Shown piece by piece: positions 17,972 to 27,945 of a DNA stretch of 64,000 nt (the first letter of the stretch is position 1; the number at the start of each line of letters is the position of its first letter). The position numbers and the translations under genes are program-made. The DNA comes from Spirochaetota bacterium (GTDB lineage: Bacteria > Spirochaetota > UBA4802 > JAFGJZ01): positions 918-64,917 of the forward strand of contig DAOPBR010000007.1 of the NCBI GenBank assembly GCA_035395685.1. Direction: 5' to 3'. The notes below the pieces were generated by a model. It saw nothing but the letters and a program-made list of their open reading frames with translations, was not told where the DNA came from and did no database searches.

Positions 17972-18913
17972 ATGAGCAAAATACTGATCGTTGATCCTAC
18001 CGATTACCGATATTCGGTTCAATCCGTACTTCTTGCGGAGGGATATAAGACCGAAACCTGCACAACTGCATTTGATGCAATCGCAAAAATTGAAGCAGAG
18101 GACATTTCACTTATAATTTCAGAAGTTGATCTTCCCGGAGATAACTCTTTTGAACTCTATTATTATCTTCAGAAGAATTATCCTTTTCTCCCCATCATCA
18201 TGCTGACAGACAGAAACATGGAGGATTTTTTCGACAAGGTGTTCACCGAAGGCATCGGCAACATAATCAGCAAGCCTGTCAACGGAGAAGAACTGATATC
18301 ACTCGCAAAAAAACTTATGTATCAAGAAGACCTCTTTAATCTTGACAACTATATCCAGAAAATAAAAGTTTTAAAAAAAATACGGATCACAGCTTCAAAC
18401 CAGATTATTCCTGCAATAAGAACAGTGACTGATTACATCAACGAGTGGGAGTTCAAGATATCCGACATTTCAATGCTGAACTTAATTCTCAACGAAATGC
18501 TTATTAACGCTGTTTATCATGCTCACGGCCTGACAGAAGAAAAACTTAAACGTCTTCCGGTTTCTCTTGAAGAAGGTAAATTTGTCGATGTCTGCTTCGG
18601 GCACAGCGAATCAAAGCTCGGAATTTCCATAACTGATTATAACGGCAAACTTTCTAAGCAGAAAATTCTTGAGAGCATGTTTAACGTTCTAGCCCAGCGC
18701 AAAAAACTGGATGACGCCATTGAAAAAGGTGAAGATATTTCCAAAATTATAACCGAAACAGGAAGAGGAATTGATCTTGTAAGACAGATTGCAAGCGAAT
18801 TCTATTTTATAATTCACAAAAACAAACGGACAGAAATTATTCTATTATTCGACAAAAACTCCGACTTAAACGGAGTTGCAAAATCATCACTTAAAATCAT
18901 CGAGCAGAAATAA
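17972..18913 (+). CDS. Response-regulator receiver domain fused to GHKL (RsbW/SpoIIAB-like) ATPase domain
   Basis: N-terminal REC domain (LIVDP…EVDLPGDNSFEL…IIMLTD). C-terminal NEMLINAVYHAHG ATPase N-box. Confidence 0.55.
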   Translation: MSKILIVDPTDYRYSVQSVLLAEGYKTETCTTAFDAIAKIEAEDISLIISEVDLPGDNSFELYYYLQKNYPFLPIIMLTDRNMEDFFDKVFTEGIGNIISKPVNGEELISLAKKLMYQEDLFNLDNYIQKIKVLKKIRITASNQIIPAIRTVTDYINEWEFKISDISMLNLILNEMLINAVYHAHGLTEEKLKRLPVSLEEGKFVDVCFGHSESKLGISITDYNGKLSKQKILESMFNVLAQRKKLDDAIEKGEDISKIITETGRGIDLVRQIASEFYFIIHKNKRTEIILLFDKNSDLNGVAKSSLKIIEQK

Positions 18914-18915
18914 AC

Positions 18916-18946
18916 AAAAAGGAGGTTTTTCAGACCTCCTTTTATC
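18916..18946. terminator. Bidirectional intrinsic terminator between convergent REC-ATPase gene and ftsZ
   Basis: AAAAAGGAGGT-ttttcag-ACCTCCTTTTAT hairpin, flanked by A-run and T-run. Confidence 0.55.
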
Positions 18947-18947
18947 C

Positions 18948-20138
18948 TTAATCCTGAAGCCTTCTCATAAATGCAGGAACATTCAGATCCTGATTCAGCG
19001 AATCGTTCGCAACATTTTTTCTCTGAGATTGCTCTCCGTAAGGCGATGAGAAATATTCACTGCGGAAAGAATGGAGTGGAATTCTTTTATCATAGTTTTC
19101 ATTATAATTCTTAATGCCTGATTTAAGCTGTTGCGGAATTTCTTCTCTGACAATTGTCTCTTTTGATTTAAGCATATTCTTCTTTCTATCAAAGCCGGTA
19201 GCTATAACAGTAACGCGGATCTTATCATCAAGAGCAGGATCAATCGTCGTTCCGAAAATGATATTAGCCTCCGGATCAGCCTGAGTCGAAACCATTTCAG
19301 TTACTTCTGTTGCTTCATGCAGGGAAAGATCATGTCCGCCGGCGATGTTTATAAGAACAGCCTTAGCACCTTCTATGCTGGTTTCCTCAAGAAGAGGCGA
19401 ATGAATAGCCATTTTTGTTGCTTCATTCGCTTTATTCTCACCTGAAGCGATACCAACACCCATAAGAGCATCTCCGGTTTCCTTCATGACAGTTTTAACA
19501 TCTGCAAAATCGACATTAACAAGACCGGTTTCCATTATTATATCAGAAATACCCTGGACACCCTGACGGAGAATATCATCCGCTAGTTTAAAAGCCTCTT
19601 CAATCGGAGTTTTTTTATCAATTATTTTAAGAAGAAGATCATTCGGAATTGTAATTACAGTATCAACTTTTTCCTTAAGGTTACGCATACCTTCATCGGC
19701 TCTTTCGAGACGTTTTTTACCTTCAACACGAAAAGGTTTCGTAACAACACCCACAACAAGCGCGCCGGTTTCTTTTGCGATTTCGGCAACTATAGGAGCA
19801 GCTCCCGTACCTGTTCCGCCGCCCATTCCGGCAGTTACAAAAACCATATCTGCGCCTTTCAACAGCTTCTGGATTTTATCTTTATCTTCAAGAGCGGAAC
19901 CCCGTCCTACTTCAGGGTCAGCACCGGCGCCGAGACCTTTGGTCAGCTTTGAGCCTATCTGGATTTTGTTTACTGCAAGAGACTGATTCAGCTGTTGAGC
20001 ATCGGTATTTACTACAATAAAATCGATACCCTCCATTCCAGTAGAAATCATACGGTTTACCGCATTTGTTCCGGCTCCGCCCACTCCAACTACCTTAATT
20101 ACTGTAGTCAATGGTTTGTCTTCTTCCAGTTTGAACAT
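18948..20138 (-). CDS. ftsZ: Cell division GTPase FtsZ
   Basis: GGGTGTG tubulin signature and NTDAQ motif. 396 aa. Confidence 0.95.
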   Translation of the reverse strand: MFKLEEDKPLTTVIKVVGVGGAGTNAVNRMISTGMEGIDFIVVNTDAQQLNQSLAVNKIQIGSKLTKGLGAGADPEVGRGSALEDKDKIQKLLKGADMVFVTAGMGGGTGTGAAPIVAEIAKETGALVVGVVTKPFRVEGKKRLERADEGMRNLKEKVDTVITIPNDLLLKIIDKKTPIEEAFKLADDILRQGVQGISDIIMETGLVNVDFADVKTVMKETGDALMGVGIASGENKANEATKMAIHSPLLEETSIEGAKAVLINIAGGHDLSLHEATEVTEMVSTQADPEANIIFGTTIDPALDDKIRVTVIATGFDRKKNMLKSKETIVREEIPQQLKSGIKNYNENYDKRIPLHSFRSEYFSSPYGEQSQRKNVANDSLNQDLNVPAFMRRLQD

Positions 20139-20289
20139 ATTTTCCCCCGTTGAAAGTGAACAAACTTTACATATTATGTCTCATTATGTCATCAACAAAA
20201 TGTATTTTCTCTAAATTTTTTTTAACATCAATTAATCACTATTAATAAATGAAAATTAATTGAGATTAATTGATGCGATTAATGACTTT

Positions 20290-20805
20290 CTACTTTATAA
20301 TATTCCTTATTTTGACTTCCGACATCGGAATATTTATCACACCGCCGACTGTTACAATCGTATATTTTTCCGCATCATTCTGTATCACAGCACCCGTATA
20401 TACTTCGCCGCTGAATAGATAAACCGTCTCAATTTTACCGTATTCCTGTTTAATCTCATCATTGTTTTTAAATCCGGACGTCTTTTTGAATTTATCCTTT
20501 TTAACGGTTTTAAATGATTTTTTATCAGTTTTAACTGTTTTCACTTTTTTCGAATCAACTGCAATTACAGATGACTTCATTTCTTTCTGCAGACTGTTAT
20601 CCGCGGACGATTCTGCCGCTTCCGATGTGCAAGCGAATTTCTTCATGAGAATAAAGGTCAAAAATACAACAAAAATAGAGATTAAAACAAAAACTATTAC
20701 ACACCGGACAACCGATCTCCTGTTCATCACCGACTCCATACACATATTTATTAACTGCTGATGCAGCTCATATATGTAGTGCGGTAAAACAGTCAAAATT
20801 AACAA
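20290..20805 (-). CDS. Hypothetical membrane-anchored protein, Lys-rich linker, upstream of ftsZ
   Basis: One TM helix (VIVFVLISIFVVFLTFIL). The true start is probably internal (MNRRS…). Confidence 0.35.
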   Translation of the reverse strand: MLILTVLPHYIYELHQQLINMCMESVMNRRSVVRCVIVFVLISIFVVFLTFILMKKFACTSEAAESSADNSLQKEMKSSVIAVDSKKVKTVKTDKKSFKTVKKDKFKKTSGFKNNDEIKQEYGKIETVYLFSGEVYTGAVIQNDAEKYTIVTVGGVINIPMSEVKIRNIIK

Positions 20806-20863
20806 ATTAATCTAATTTTTTTCGAAAAAAGGAAAATTCCGGCAATTTACGTCGAGATACAGA

Positions 20864-21703
20864 CTATATCGTAAACGTTTTACCTGCACAGAAACTTTCC
20901 AGGCGGTTTCCCATATGCAAAATCATTTCCGCATATCCCTTCAATCCCGTGCAATGACCGGTATAATACTTTTCAACCCCCAACGAAAGAAGCTCATCAG
21001 CAAAAAGATGAAGCGTTTCCCGATCTTCAGATAATTCATCTTCACGGGGCCTTGAAATGTGAAAACCGCCGAAAAAAGCTGAAATTCTTCTGCCGGGAAA
21101 TTTTTGATTCACACTTTTAACGGCATTTCCAGCACCCTGATGAGAGCATCCGCAGAAAACTGCCAGAGAATCCCCGGTATCTGCGACAAAAATCAATTCA
21201 TGTGAAAAATCGTCTTCAACTACTCCCGATTCCGTTTCAACTAAAAGATTTTTATTACCCGAAGGCTGGAATCCGCCGTGATTTCCATTTTTAACAATGA
21301 ATGAAAAAGGAAATCCGGTTACATCATGTTCTATTTCAACAAATCTGTCTGAATATTTCCTTCTGAGTTCATTATCCATTCCTATTTGACGTATTTTGCC
21401 CGTATTCAGAGAAAGATGATTGTCCCACGCTTTTTTGTGCAGAAAAACTTCAGCCTGAGTATTGTTCGACAAAAAATAACCGAGTCCGCCGGTATGATCA
21501 TAGTGCCCATGTGAAACAACAGCAAAATCAGCCTCTGAAATATCAACCGAGAGCTTAGCGGCATTCTGGCTGAAAATTTCACCCTGACCCGCATCATAAA
21601 GTATTTTCTTTCCGTCAAATTCAATCCATAACGAAAGCCCGTGCTCTGTTGTCAGCAATCCACTGGGATCCGGACTATTATCAGATAATACTATTACCTT
21701 CAT
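20864..21703 (-). CDS. MBL-fold metallo-hydrolase
   Basis: HGHYDHTGG motif. Confidence 0.7.
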   Translation of the reverse strand: MKVIVLSDNSPDPSGLLTTEHGLSLWIEFDGKKILYDAGQGEIFSQNAAKLSVDISEADFAVVSHGHYDHTGGLGYFLSNNTQAEVFLHKKAWDNHLSLNTGKIRQIGMDNELRRKYSDRFVEIEHDVTGFPFSFIVKNGNHGGFQPSGNKNLLVETESGVVEDDFSHELIFVADTGDSLAVFCGCSHQGAGNAVKSVNQKFPGRRISAFFGGFHISRPREDELSEDRETLHLFADELLSLGVEKYYTGHCTGLKGYAEMILHMGNRLESFCAGKTFTI

Positions 21704-22344
21704 AATTTTTTCTCCGCAAAAACAAATACATCCTTGGTAATACTTCCGTCAGCTTCAGCATAATCCTGACTGAACCTTTTTACAGCGCGCAAACCGTTTT
21801 CTTCCATAACCTGTATTATTTCATTTTCGTTATGATAATGGAAATATATTTCATCATCTGAAAAACTCGTTTTTTCAAAACCGTCAATTTTCCCTTCCAT
21901 GAAAGAAATATAAAGTAAACCGCCGCTTTTTAGAAAACACGAGGATTTTTCAATAATTGATACTGCTTCATCCCGATCCAGATGAACTATACAGAAAGAC
22001 AGGAGGACTGCATCAAATTGAGCTTCATCAAACTCAGCCTCAAGAATATTCATGCATTTGAAATCACCCTTTGGAACAGCTGCTTTTGCCAAATCAATCA
22101 TCGATGATGAAATATCGACTCCGGTAATTTTTGCGCCGTTGAAACGGAAAGCTATCCGCGAGCTGAAACTTCCGGGACCGCATCCAAGATCAAGACAGGA
22201 ACAATCGTCTTTCAGCAATTTTAAAAAATCATCCATAGCATTGAGATATGGTTCGAAATCCGCAAATCTTGAAGCGAACTTTGAGGCATTTTTATTATAG
22301 GCTTTTATATTTTGAGTTGTTTTATCCATGAAGACATTAAGCAA
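21700..22344 (-). CDS. Class I SAM-dependent methyltransferase
   Basis: LDLGCGPGSFS motif I. Confidence 0.7.
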   Translation of the reverse strand: MLNVFMDKTTQNIKAYNKNASKFASRFADFEPYLNAMDDFLKLLKDDCSCLDLGCGPGSFSSRIAFRFNGAKITGVDISSSMIDLAKAAVPKGDFKCMNILEAEFDEAQFDAVLLSFCIVHLDRDEAVSIIEKSSCFLKSGGLLYISFMEGKIDGFEKTSFSDDEIYFHYHNENEIIQVMEENGLRAVKRFSQDYAEADGSITKDVFVFAEKKL

Positions 22345-22369
22345 AACTTATTATCCGGGTCAATTAAAA

Positions 22370-23209
22370 TCATAACCAGGGAACGCCGCCGAAACTTTCA
22401 GCAGCTTCTCTTCCGGCAGAAGCGCCTTCGAGCAATGCTTTTTCAATATTCTTCGATCGGAAGTATTCATTCGTAAAAGATGCCTGAAATGCATCGCCGC
22501 ATCCAGTAGTGTCGATTACCTTATCAATTTCAAAAGCATTCTGCTTAAACATTTTACCTCTGCTGAAGGCAATGCTTCCGTCACTGCCGAGAGTCAAAAC
22601 GATAATGCCGGAAAACTTCTCTGAGAATTTCAACAGCTCCGGACTCTGTTTTTCTGTGCCTCCGAAATAAGCTATATCAATAGAATTAAATCCGGCTTCA
22701 AGAAGATCATATGTATCGAAATGAAGAAAATCAACTGCAAGAAAATTCTTTTCTGTTTTTCTGCGCAAAGTTTCGGCATAATTCGGGTTATTTGCATGAG
22801 TAGACCAGACATCAAAGCCTGAAATAAATTCCCAATCCGACTCGCGAAGCATAAAATCTCCGTAAACTCCGTTATTCCAAGCGCCTTCAACTCCGAAGCG
22901 TTCACCGCGCGAGTCATTAACAATTTCGTTTGAAGCCGTGGGACCCTGTATCCGGTAGAGATGCGAAACATCGACGTTCTTTCGAAGAAAAAGAGAATAA
23001 ATTCTTTCTCCGGCATCATCCGTTCCGACTGCGCCTATAAACGCGGTCTCATTGCCGAGATCCTTGAAACGTATGGATTGATTCAGCGAGTTACCGCCCG
23101 CAAAGTATTCATTTCTTTGAGGAAAATAATCCATTGCCGCGACGGTAAAACATGCTGCTTTCATTTCATTATCCTTTAATCTACTTACTAGAAATTTTTG
23201 TCGGATCAA
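22370..23209 (-). CDS. PfkB-family carbohydrate kinase
   Basis: DTTGCGDAF C-terminal signature. The real start is probably MKAACFT near 23164. Confidence 0.7.
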   Translation of the reverse strand: MIRQKFLVSRLKDNEMKAACFTVAAMDYFPQRNEYFAGGNSLNQSIRFKDLGNETAFIGAVGTDDAGERIYSLFLRKNVDVSHLYRIQGPTASNEIVNDSRGERFGVEGAWNNGVYGDFMLRESDWEFISGFDVWSTHANNPNYAETLRRKTEKNFLAVDFLHFDTYDLLEAGFNSIDIAYFGGTEKQSPELLKFSEKFSGIIVLTLGSDGSIAFSRGKMFKQNAFEIDKVIDTTGCGDAFQASFTNEYFRSKNIEKALLEGASAGREAAESFGGVPWL

Positions 23210-24929
23210 TCACATCAACAAATTTAAGATCGGCCTTGTTAAGAACAAGAATTTTCTTATCCTCACTGTTAATATAAACAAAATCACCGTAAAAAGTCAA
23301 AAATGTATCCTGAGCTATACGTCTTTCGGATTTGGCAGTGAGTTTCAAATCCTTGTCAAAACGGCCGAGAAAATACTGATCCTTATCCTTAACTATCGCG
23401 AAAATAAATCCGTCTCGTATTTCAACAAAACTTCTGTGAAAGATATTATCCGTGCCTGTTTTCAGAGATGTCAGTTTTTCCTTGTCAACAAGCGTCAAAC
23501 GATGTTCAGTATATTCATTATCAACCCTTGTAATGACAACAATGCCTTCGGCAAAAAGGTCATATTTACTTCCGCTGATATTAGGAATGTTTGAATTAAA
23601 AAGTATCTTGCGGTTTGCCGCATCAATCATGCAGAGATCATTATTATAATTTCCGTTTCTTAAGAATTCACGTATTTTAAGATAGTAGATCTTATCTCCG
23701 ATAACGTTTCTGTCAGCCTGATTCTTCTTTAGAGCTTCTTCCTTCTTTTTAAGTTCTTCTTCCTTTTTAGCAAGGTCCTTCTCTTTCTCATTGAGTTTAT
23801 CTACTGCTTTCGGATCGCCTTTTTTTACGTCTTTTTTCAATTCATCATTCGCGATCTCTTTCTTTTCTTCCTTAACTGTTTCTTCTTTCTTGGTTACTTC
23901 ATCTTCCTTTTTCTTTACATCTTCTTCTTTCTTTTTATTATCAGTAACCTGCTGCTCATTTTTCTTTTCTTCCTGCTTAACAGTTTCTTCCTTTTTCTTA
24001 ACTTCTTCTTTTGCCTGATCAACTTTCTTTTTTTCGTCTTCTATCTTCTTGTCTTCCTGTTTTTTCTTCTCAGGATCAGTTATCTTAGCATTTTCCTTTT
24101 TCTTATTTTCTATTTCTTTATCTTTCTCAACAATTTTCTTTTTTTCTTCTTCAATTTTCTTCTTATCATCTTCTATTTTTTTCTTCTTTTCATCATTTAT
24201 CTTTTTTTCTTCTTCAATGCGCTTTTTTTCCTTCTCAATTTCCTGCTTCTCTTTTTCTATCTGCTTTTCTTTAATCTCAACTACCGTTTTACGCGGTTCG
24301 ATATTTCCGTCATCTTTGCGGACTTCTTTAATAACGTCTTTACCTGATATTTCATCCGGATCAATAGTTCCCGAAGCCCCTTCGCTTAGAGGAATCAGAA
24401 TTTTGGTTTTTCCGGGCCATTCGTCATATCTGACAGCAAGTCCGGCATTAGCAGCGTTGATATTTTTCATTACTTCAGTCTTATATACTGTTTTGAGATA
24501 ATCAACATTTCCACGGTAAACAGCATTGTAATATGTTGAAAAAACAGCGAGTGCGTATGCTTCGTCCTTATTGTAACCGAAACGTTTTTCGAAATATGCT
24601 GAAAGAATTTTTCGTATATTGTTAACATGATCGACCTGGGCATCTTTATGAATCGAAAAAATCTCCGCTGAAAGCTTTTCAGGCTCTTTATCCGAAACTA
24701 CACGTTTAACGGAATATTTCATCATAAAACGAGCTTCATCAGCAGAATTCATTTTATCTGCAAGCGAGGAACCAATGCCGCGTACAGCCGATGTCGGATC
24801 ATTTCTTCCGGCGCCGGTATAATTTATAAAATCAATTTTCTTTCCTTTTTTAAGCTCATTTACATCTACATTGAGACCAAAAAGATTGAAGCAAAACACC
24901 GAAACAAATAAAACAACGATTTTTTTCAT
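23181..24929 (-). CDS. Secreted protein with long Lys/Glu-rich low-complexity coiled-coil segment
   Basis: Signal peptide MKKIVVLFVSVFCFNLFG. About 200 aa of KKIEEEKKK-type repeats, flanked by globular N- and C-terminal domains. Confidence 0.5.
   Translation of the reverse strand: MKKIVVLFVSVFCFNLFGLNVDVNELKKGKKIDFINYTGAGRNDPTSAVRGIGSSLADKMNSADEARFMMKYSVKRVVSDKEPEKLSAEIFSIHKDAQVDHVNNIRKILSAYFEKRFGYNKDEAYALAVFSTYYNAVYRGNVDYLKTVYKTEVMKNINAANAGLAVRYDEWPGKTKILIPLSEGASGTIDPDEISGKDVIKEVRKDDGNIEPRKTVVEIKEKQIEKEKQEIEKEKKRIEEEKKINDEKKKKIEDDKKKIEEEKKKIVEKDKEIENKKKENAKITDPEKKKQEDKKIEDEKKKVDQAKEEVKKKEETVKQEEKKNEQQVTDNKKKEEDVKKKEDEVTKKEETVKEEKKEIANDELKKDVKKGDPKAVDKLNEKEKDLAKKEEELKKKEEALKKNQADRNVIGDKIYYLKIREFLRNGNYNNDLCMIDAANRKILFNSNIPNISGSKYDLFAEGIVVITRVDNEYTEHRLTLVDKEKLTSLKTGTDNIFHRSFVEIRDGFIFAIVKDKDQYFLGRFDKDLKLTAKSERRIAQDTFLTFYGDFVYINSEDKKILVLNKADLKFVDVIDPTKISSK
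23729..24314. repeat. Low-complexity purine/pyrimidine-skewed DNA encoding the K/E-rich segment
   Basis: ttctttttcttc-type degenerate repeats on the + strand. Confidence 0.6.
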
Positions 24930-24984
24930 ATTTTTCCCTCAATGAAACAGAAATTGTTCCACAAAATTTATCAACAAATTTTTA

Positions 24985-25752
24985 TTATTCAGTCAAAACA
25001 TATGAATCATTAACAAAACGGCCTTTTCTGACCAGTTTCCCGGCAGAGTCATATTCGGATCCGGTTCCGTTTCTGAAGCCGTCCTTCCATTGACCTATAT
25101 ACTTTTCACCTGATTTGAGCTTCATTTCACCGTTTCCGCTTCTTTTTCCGTCAACAAAGTCTCCCGTATAAATTGAACCGTCAGTATAATATTCTTTACC
25201 TTTTCCGTTATAATATCCGTTTTTCCAGGGGCCGTTATAATAGCCGCCTGATTTAAACTGATATTTACCAAATCCTTCGAATTTATTCTTAGCAAAAAAT
25301 CCTTCATATTTATCGCCGTTGGCCAGGGTCAAAACGCCTTTTCCGCTGAATTCATCATCCTTCCAGAGTCCCTTGTAAACTGCTCCGTCGGATGAACGGT
25401 ATTCACCTCTTCCGTTACGCTTATCATTAGACCATGAGCCATCGTAAAAATCGCCGTTTGCGTATTTCATTTTTCCCGAGCCTGAACGAAGATCAGCTTT
25501 CCATTTACCTTCATACTTTGATCCGTCGGAAAAAGTCATCACTCCGTAACCGTGCCTTTTGTCGTCGAACCATCTCCCTTCGTAAACCGCACCGGTAGCA
25601 TGAACAACCGTTCCCTTACCATTGCGTTTTCCTCTGAGCATCTGGCCTGTATATTTGTCTCCGTTAGGAAAAGTATAAACACTCATTCCGCCCGTAACAC
25701 AAGATACTGCGAATAATGCGAGTAATGCCGTATATAATCCGGTTTTTTTCAT
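24985..25752 (-). CDS. MORN-repeat secreted protein
   Basis: Signal peptide plus about 9 tandem YxGxWxxDKRxGxG MORN-like repeats. Confidence 0.75.
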   Translation of the reverse strand: MKKTGLYTALLALFAVSCVTGGMSVYTFPNGDKYTGQMLRGKRNGKGTVVHATGAVYEGRWFDDKRHGYGVMTFSDGSKYEGKWKADLRSGSGKMKYANGDFYDGSWSNDKRNGRGEYRSSDGAVYKGLWKDDEFSGKGVLTLANGDKYEGFFAKNKFEGFGKYQFKSGGYYNGPWKNGYYNGKGKEYYTDGSIYTGDFVDGKRSGNGEMKLKSGEKYIGQWKDGFRNGTGSEYDSAGKLVRKGRFVNDSYVLTE

Positions 25753-25861
25753 TTATCCCCCGAAAAAAAAATTATCACTTATCAGATAAATCGGTATTTT
25801 TCACGAAAAAATTACTCATAAATTCGTAATAGACTATAATACTAATTATAGGAGTAATTAC

Positions 25862-26212
25862 ATGAGCATCTCAAATTCGGCAACAGTGGAAGGATTTACA
25901 ACAAATGATCCGGTGCTGAAACACACAAAGACAGGCAAAAATGTCTGCAATTTCGCACTAACCGTACGCCATCATTCGGAAGGAGGCGGCGATCCGAAGG
26001 TTTCATTTATTGACATCGAATCATGGGGAAACCTTGCTGATTTCTGCTCAAACAACATTCACAAAGGAATAAGGCTTCTCGTCAGCGGAGCGATGCGCCA
26101 GGACAGATGGGAGGGCGAAGACGGAAAATCACGTTCGAGAATAAAACTGATTGCAAAAGATATCCGCTTTCTCGACTCCAACAAAAAAGAAAAAGCAGCC
26201 CTGCCTGTTTAA
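25862..26212 (+). CDS. ssb: Single-stranded DNA-binding protein (short OB-fold SSB)
   Basis: SSB-like OB-fold pattern (TKTGKNVCNFALTV…WGNLADF…RLLVSGAMRQDRWE). Confidence 0.65.
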   Translation: MSISNSATVEGFTTNDPVLKHTKTGKNVCNFALTVRHHSEGGGDPKVSFIDIESWGNLADFCSNNIHKGIRLLVSGAMRQDRWEGEDGKSRSRIKLIAKDIRFLDSNKKEKAALPV

Positions 26213-26215
26213 CTA

Positions 26216-26247
26216 AAAGACGCCGGTTAATTCCGGCGTCTTTTTTT
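26216..26247. terminator. Intrinsic terminator shared by convergent ssb and dus
   Basis: AAAAGACGCCGG-ttaatt-CCGGCGTCTTTTTTT. Confidence 0.65.
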
Positions 26248-27193
26248 ATTTATCGATTATTCTTTCAACGGGATTTCTTTCAAAATAAGCTCTTATCAGT
26301 TCAGCAGAAGAAAAAGGATTTCTTCGTATCTCCGTAAAAAGCGCGTGTCCGAACTTGAGATTCTGACAGAAATAGACACAGTATTTCAATATTCTGCTTT
26401 CTCTTATTTCAACAGGAAGGAGCTCTTCAATACCGGATAAAATATTAATAGCAGAATCTTCAATATTGACTGAATAGGATTTTGATTCCGATACAGCATC
26501 AATTTCTGCAAAAATCCACGGCATCTTTACGGCAGCTCTTCCGATCATTATTCCCTCAGGTGAAGATTCCAGCCTCACAAGAGCTTCCTTTGCCGTTTTA
26601 ATGTCTCCGTTTCCGATCACGGGAATTATTTTCTCGGCAACGAGTCTTTCAGTAAGTGACCAGTCAGCACTTCTTTTAAAAGCCATATCCGATGCTCTGG
26701 GATGAAGTGAAACAAAATCCGCGCCTTCGTCCTTCAGCATTTTTACAAAAGAAAAAAGATTATCATAATCGCTTCTTTCGAAACCCGCACGGCATTTGAC
26801 AGAAAGTGTTTTAACTTTTTTTCTGCATTCGCGAACAATCTTTGAGGCAAGAACACGATCCGCCATAAGCGCCGAACCCCAGCCTCTCGCGCGTATTTCC
26901 GGAGCAGAACATCCCATATTGATATCAACAGAATACAGCATGTTCTCTTCGAGTTTTTCCGCCGCTCTAGCCATAATGGCCGGATCATTTCCGATAAGCT
27001 GAAAAGAAATCGGATCATCAAATTCATGTTTTTTAACGAGATAGTCGTTGCGGAGTCCTCCGCGCATAAGCGAAGATGCGCTTATCATTTCCGAAAAAAG
27101 AATGACGTCTTTCGATAATCTGCGTATTTCTCTCCTGAGTGCCGGAGTCGTAAGATCCGCACACGGAGCAAGAAACAATTTATGTGTTTTCAT
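26246..27193 (-). CDS. dus: tRNA-dihydrouridine synthase
   Basis: Dus TIM-barrel pattern (FLAPCADLTT…DINMGCSAPE). Confidence 0.85.
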   Translation of the reverse strand: MKTHKLFLAPCADLTTPALRREIRRLSKDVILFSEMISASSLMRGGLRNDYLVKKHEFDDPISFQLIGNDPAIMARAAEKLEENMLYSVDINMGCSAPEIRARGWGSALMADRVLASKIVRECRKKVKTLSVKCRAGFERSDYDNLFSFVKMLKDEGADFVSLHPRASDMAFKRSADWSLTERLVAEKIIPVIGNGDIKTAKEALVRLESSPEGIMIGRAAVKMPWIFAEIDAVSESKSYSVNIEDSAINILSGIEELLPVEIRESRILKYCVYFCQNLKFGHALFTEIRRNPFSSAELIRAYFERNPVERIIDK

Positions 27194-27945
27194 CTAATAG
27201 CTTTTATTCTGAAGTTTTTGAGTTTTTCCATTCTCGATGCGAAATCAATCGGCGGCGGCATGTGCTTTTTCAGATTGTGATACGAAAGTGCAATATATTG
27301 ATTCGGGCTGTCATTAAATGGAAGTGCTGAATCGACTATGATCCACTTACCTCCGTAATAAGCTTCGCACCACATATGGAAAACGAATACATCCTTTTGT
27401 TTACCGAATTCTTTCGCATAAACAACTCCGGCAACACCCACAGCAGGAATTTTCATCGCTCTTAAAACCGCCCCTGTAAGAACTGCATGTTCGGTACAGT
27501 CTCCAGCCTTCAGCTTCAGAATATCTTTAGCCTTAAGGATAGGAAAACCGGACGTCTTCTTCACTATAATCTTAAAGACAGAATCTTTTACCGCACGCAC
27601 AGGATCGTCAGAACCAAGACAATTCTTTGCTGTTTCCGCTATCTGCTGATCATTTATTGTGAGTAGCGGCGTATTTTCAATCATGGAATTATCCGGAAGC
27701 TTAGGGAATGAACGGTTAATTCCTGTTTTGATATAATAAGTTTTGGTCTTACCTTCAAACTTCATTCCCGTTATCTTCTGATTTGATGTTTCATCAACCG
27801 CGAAAAATTCGTTGTCGCTTGAAAGTTCAAACTCCGTTGCATCCGCCATATCGCATTCGCCTTCAGGTTTGATTACCGAAAATTTTTCTGAAAAAGTAGC
27901 CGAAAAGACAGCAAGCGGAAACAGCAGAAAAAGAATTTTTCTCAT
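27190..27945 (-). CDS. Secreted transglutaminase-like cysteine-protease-fold protein
   Basis: Signal peptide. GDCTEHAVL Cys motif followed by H…D. Confidence 0.6.
   Translation of the reverse strand: MRKILFLLFPLAVFSATFSEKFSVIKPEGECDMADATEFELSSDNEFFAVDETSNQKITGMKFEGKTKTYYIKTGINRSFPKLPDNSMIENTPLLTINDQQIAETAKNCLGSDDPVRAVKDSVFKIIVKKTSGFPILKAKDILKLKAGDCTEHAVLTGAVLRAMKIPAVGVAGVVYAKEFGKQKDVFVFHMWCEAYYGGKWIIVDSALPFNDSPNQYIALSYHNLKKHMPPPIDFASRMEKLKNFRIKAIR

Noticed and set aside
23791-24501. Plus-strand Ser/Phe-rich ORFs (75 and 150 aa)
   Set aside because: Mirror-strand artefacts of the K/E-rich low-complexity coding region.
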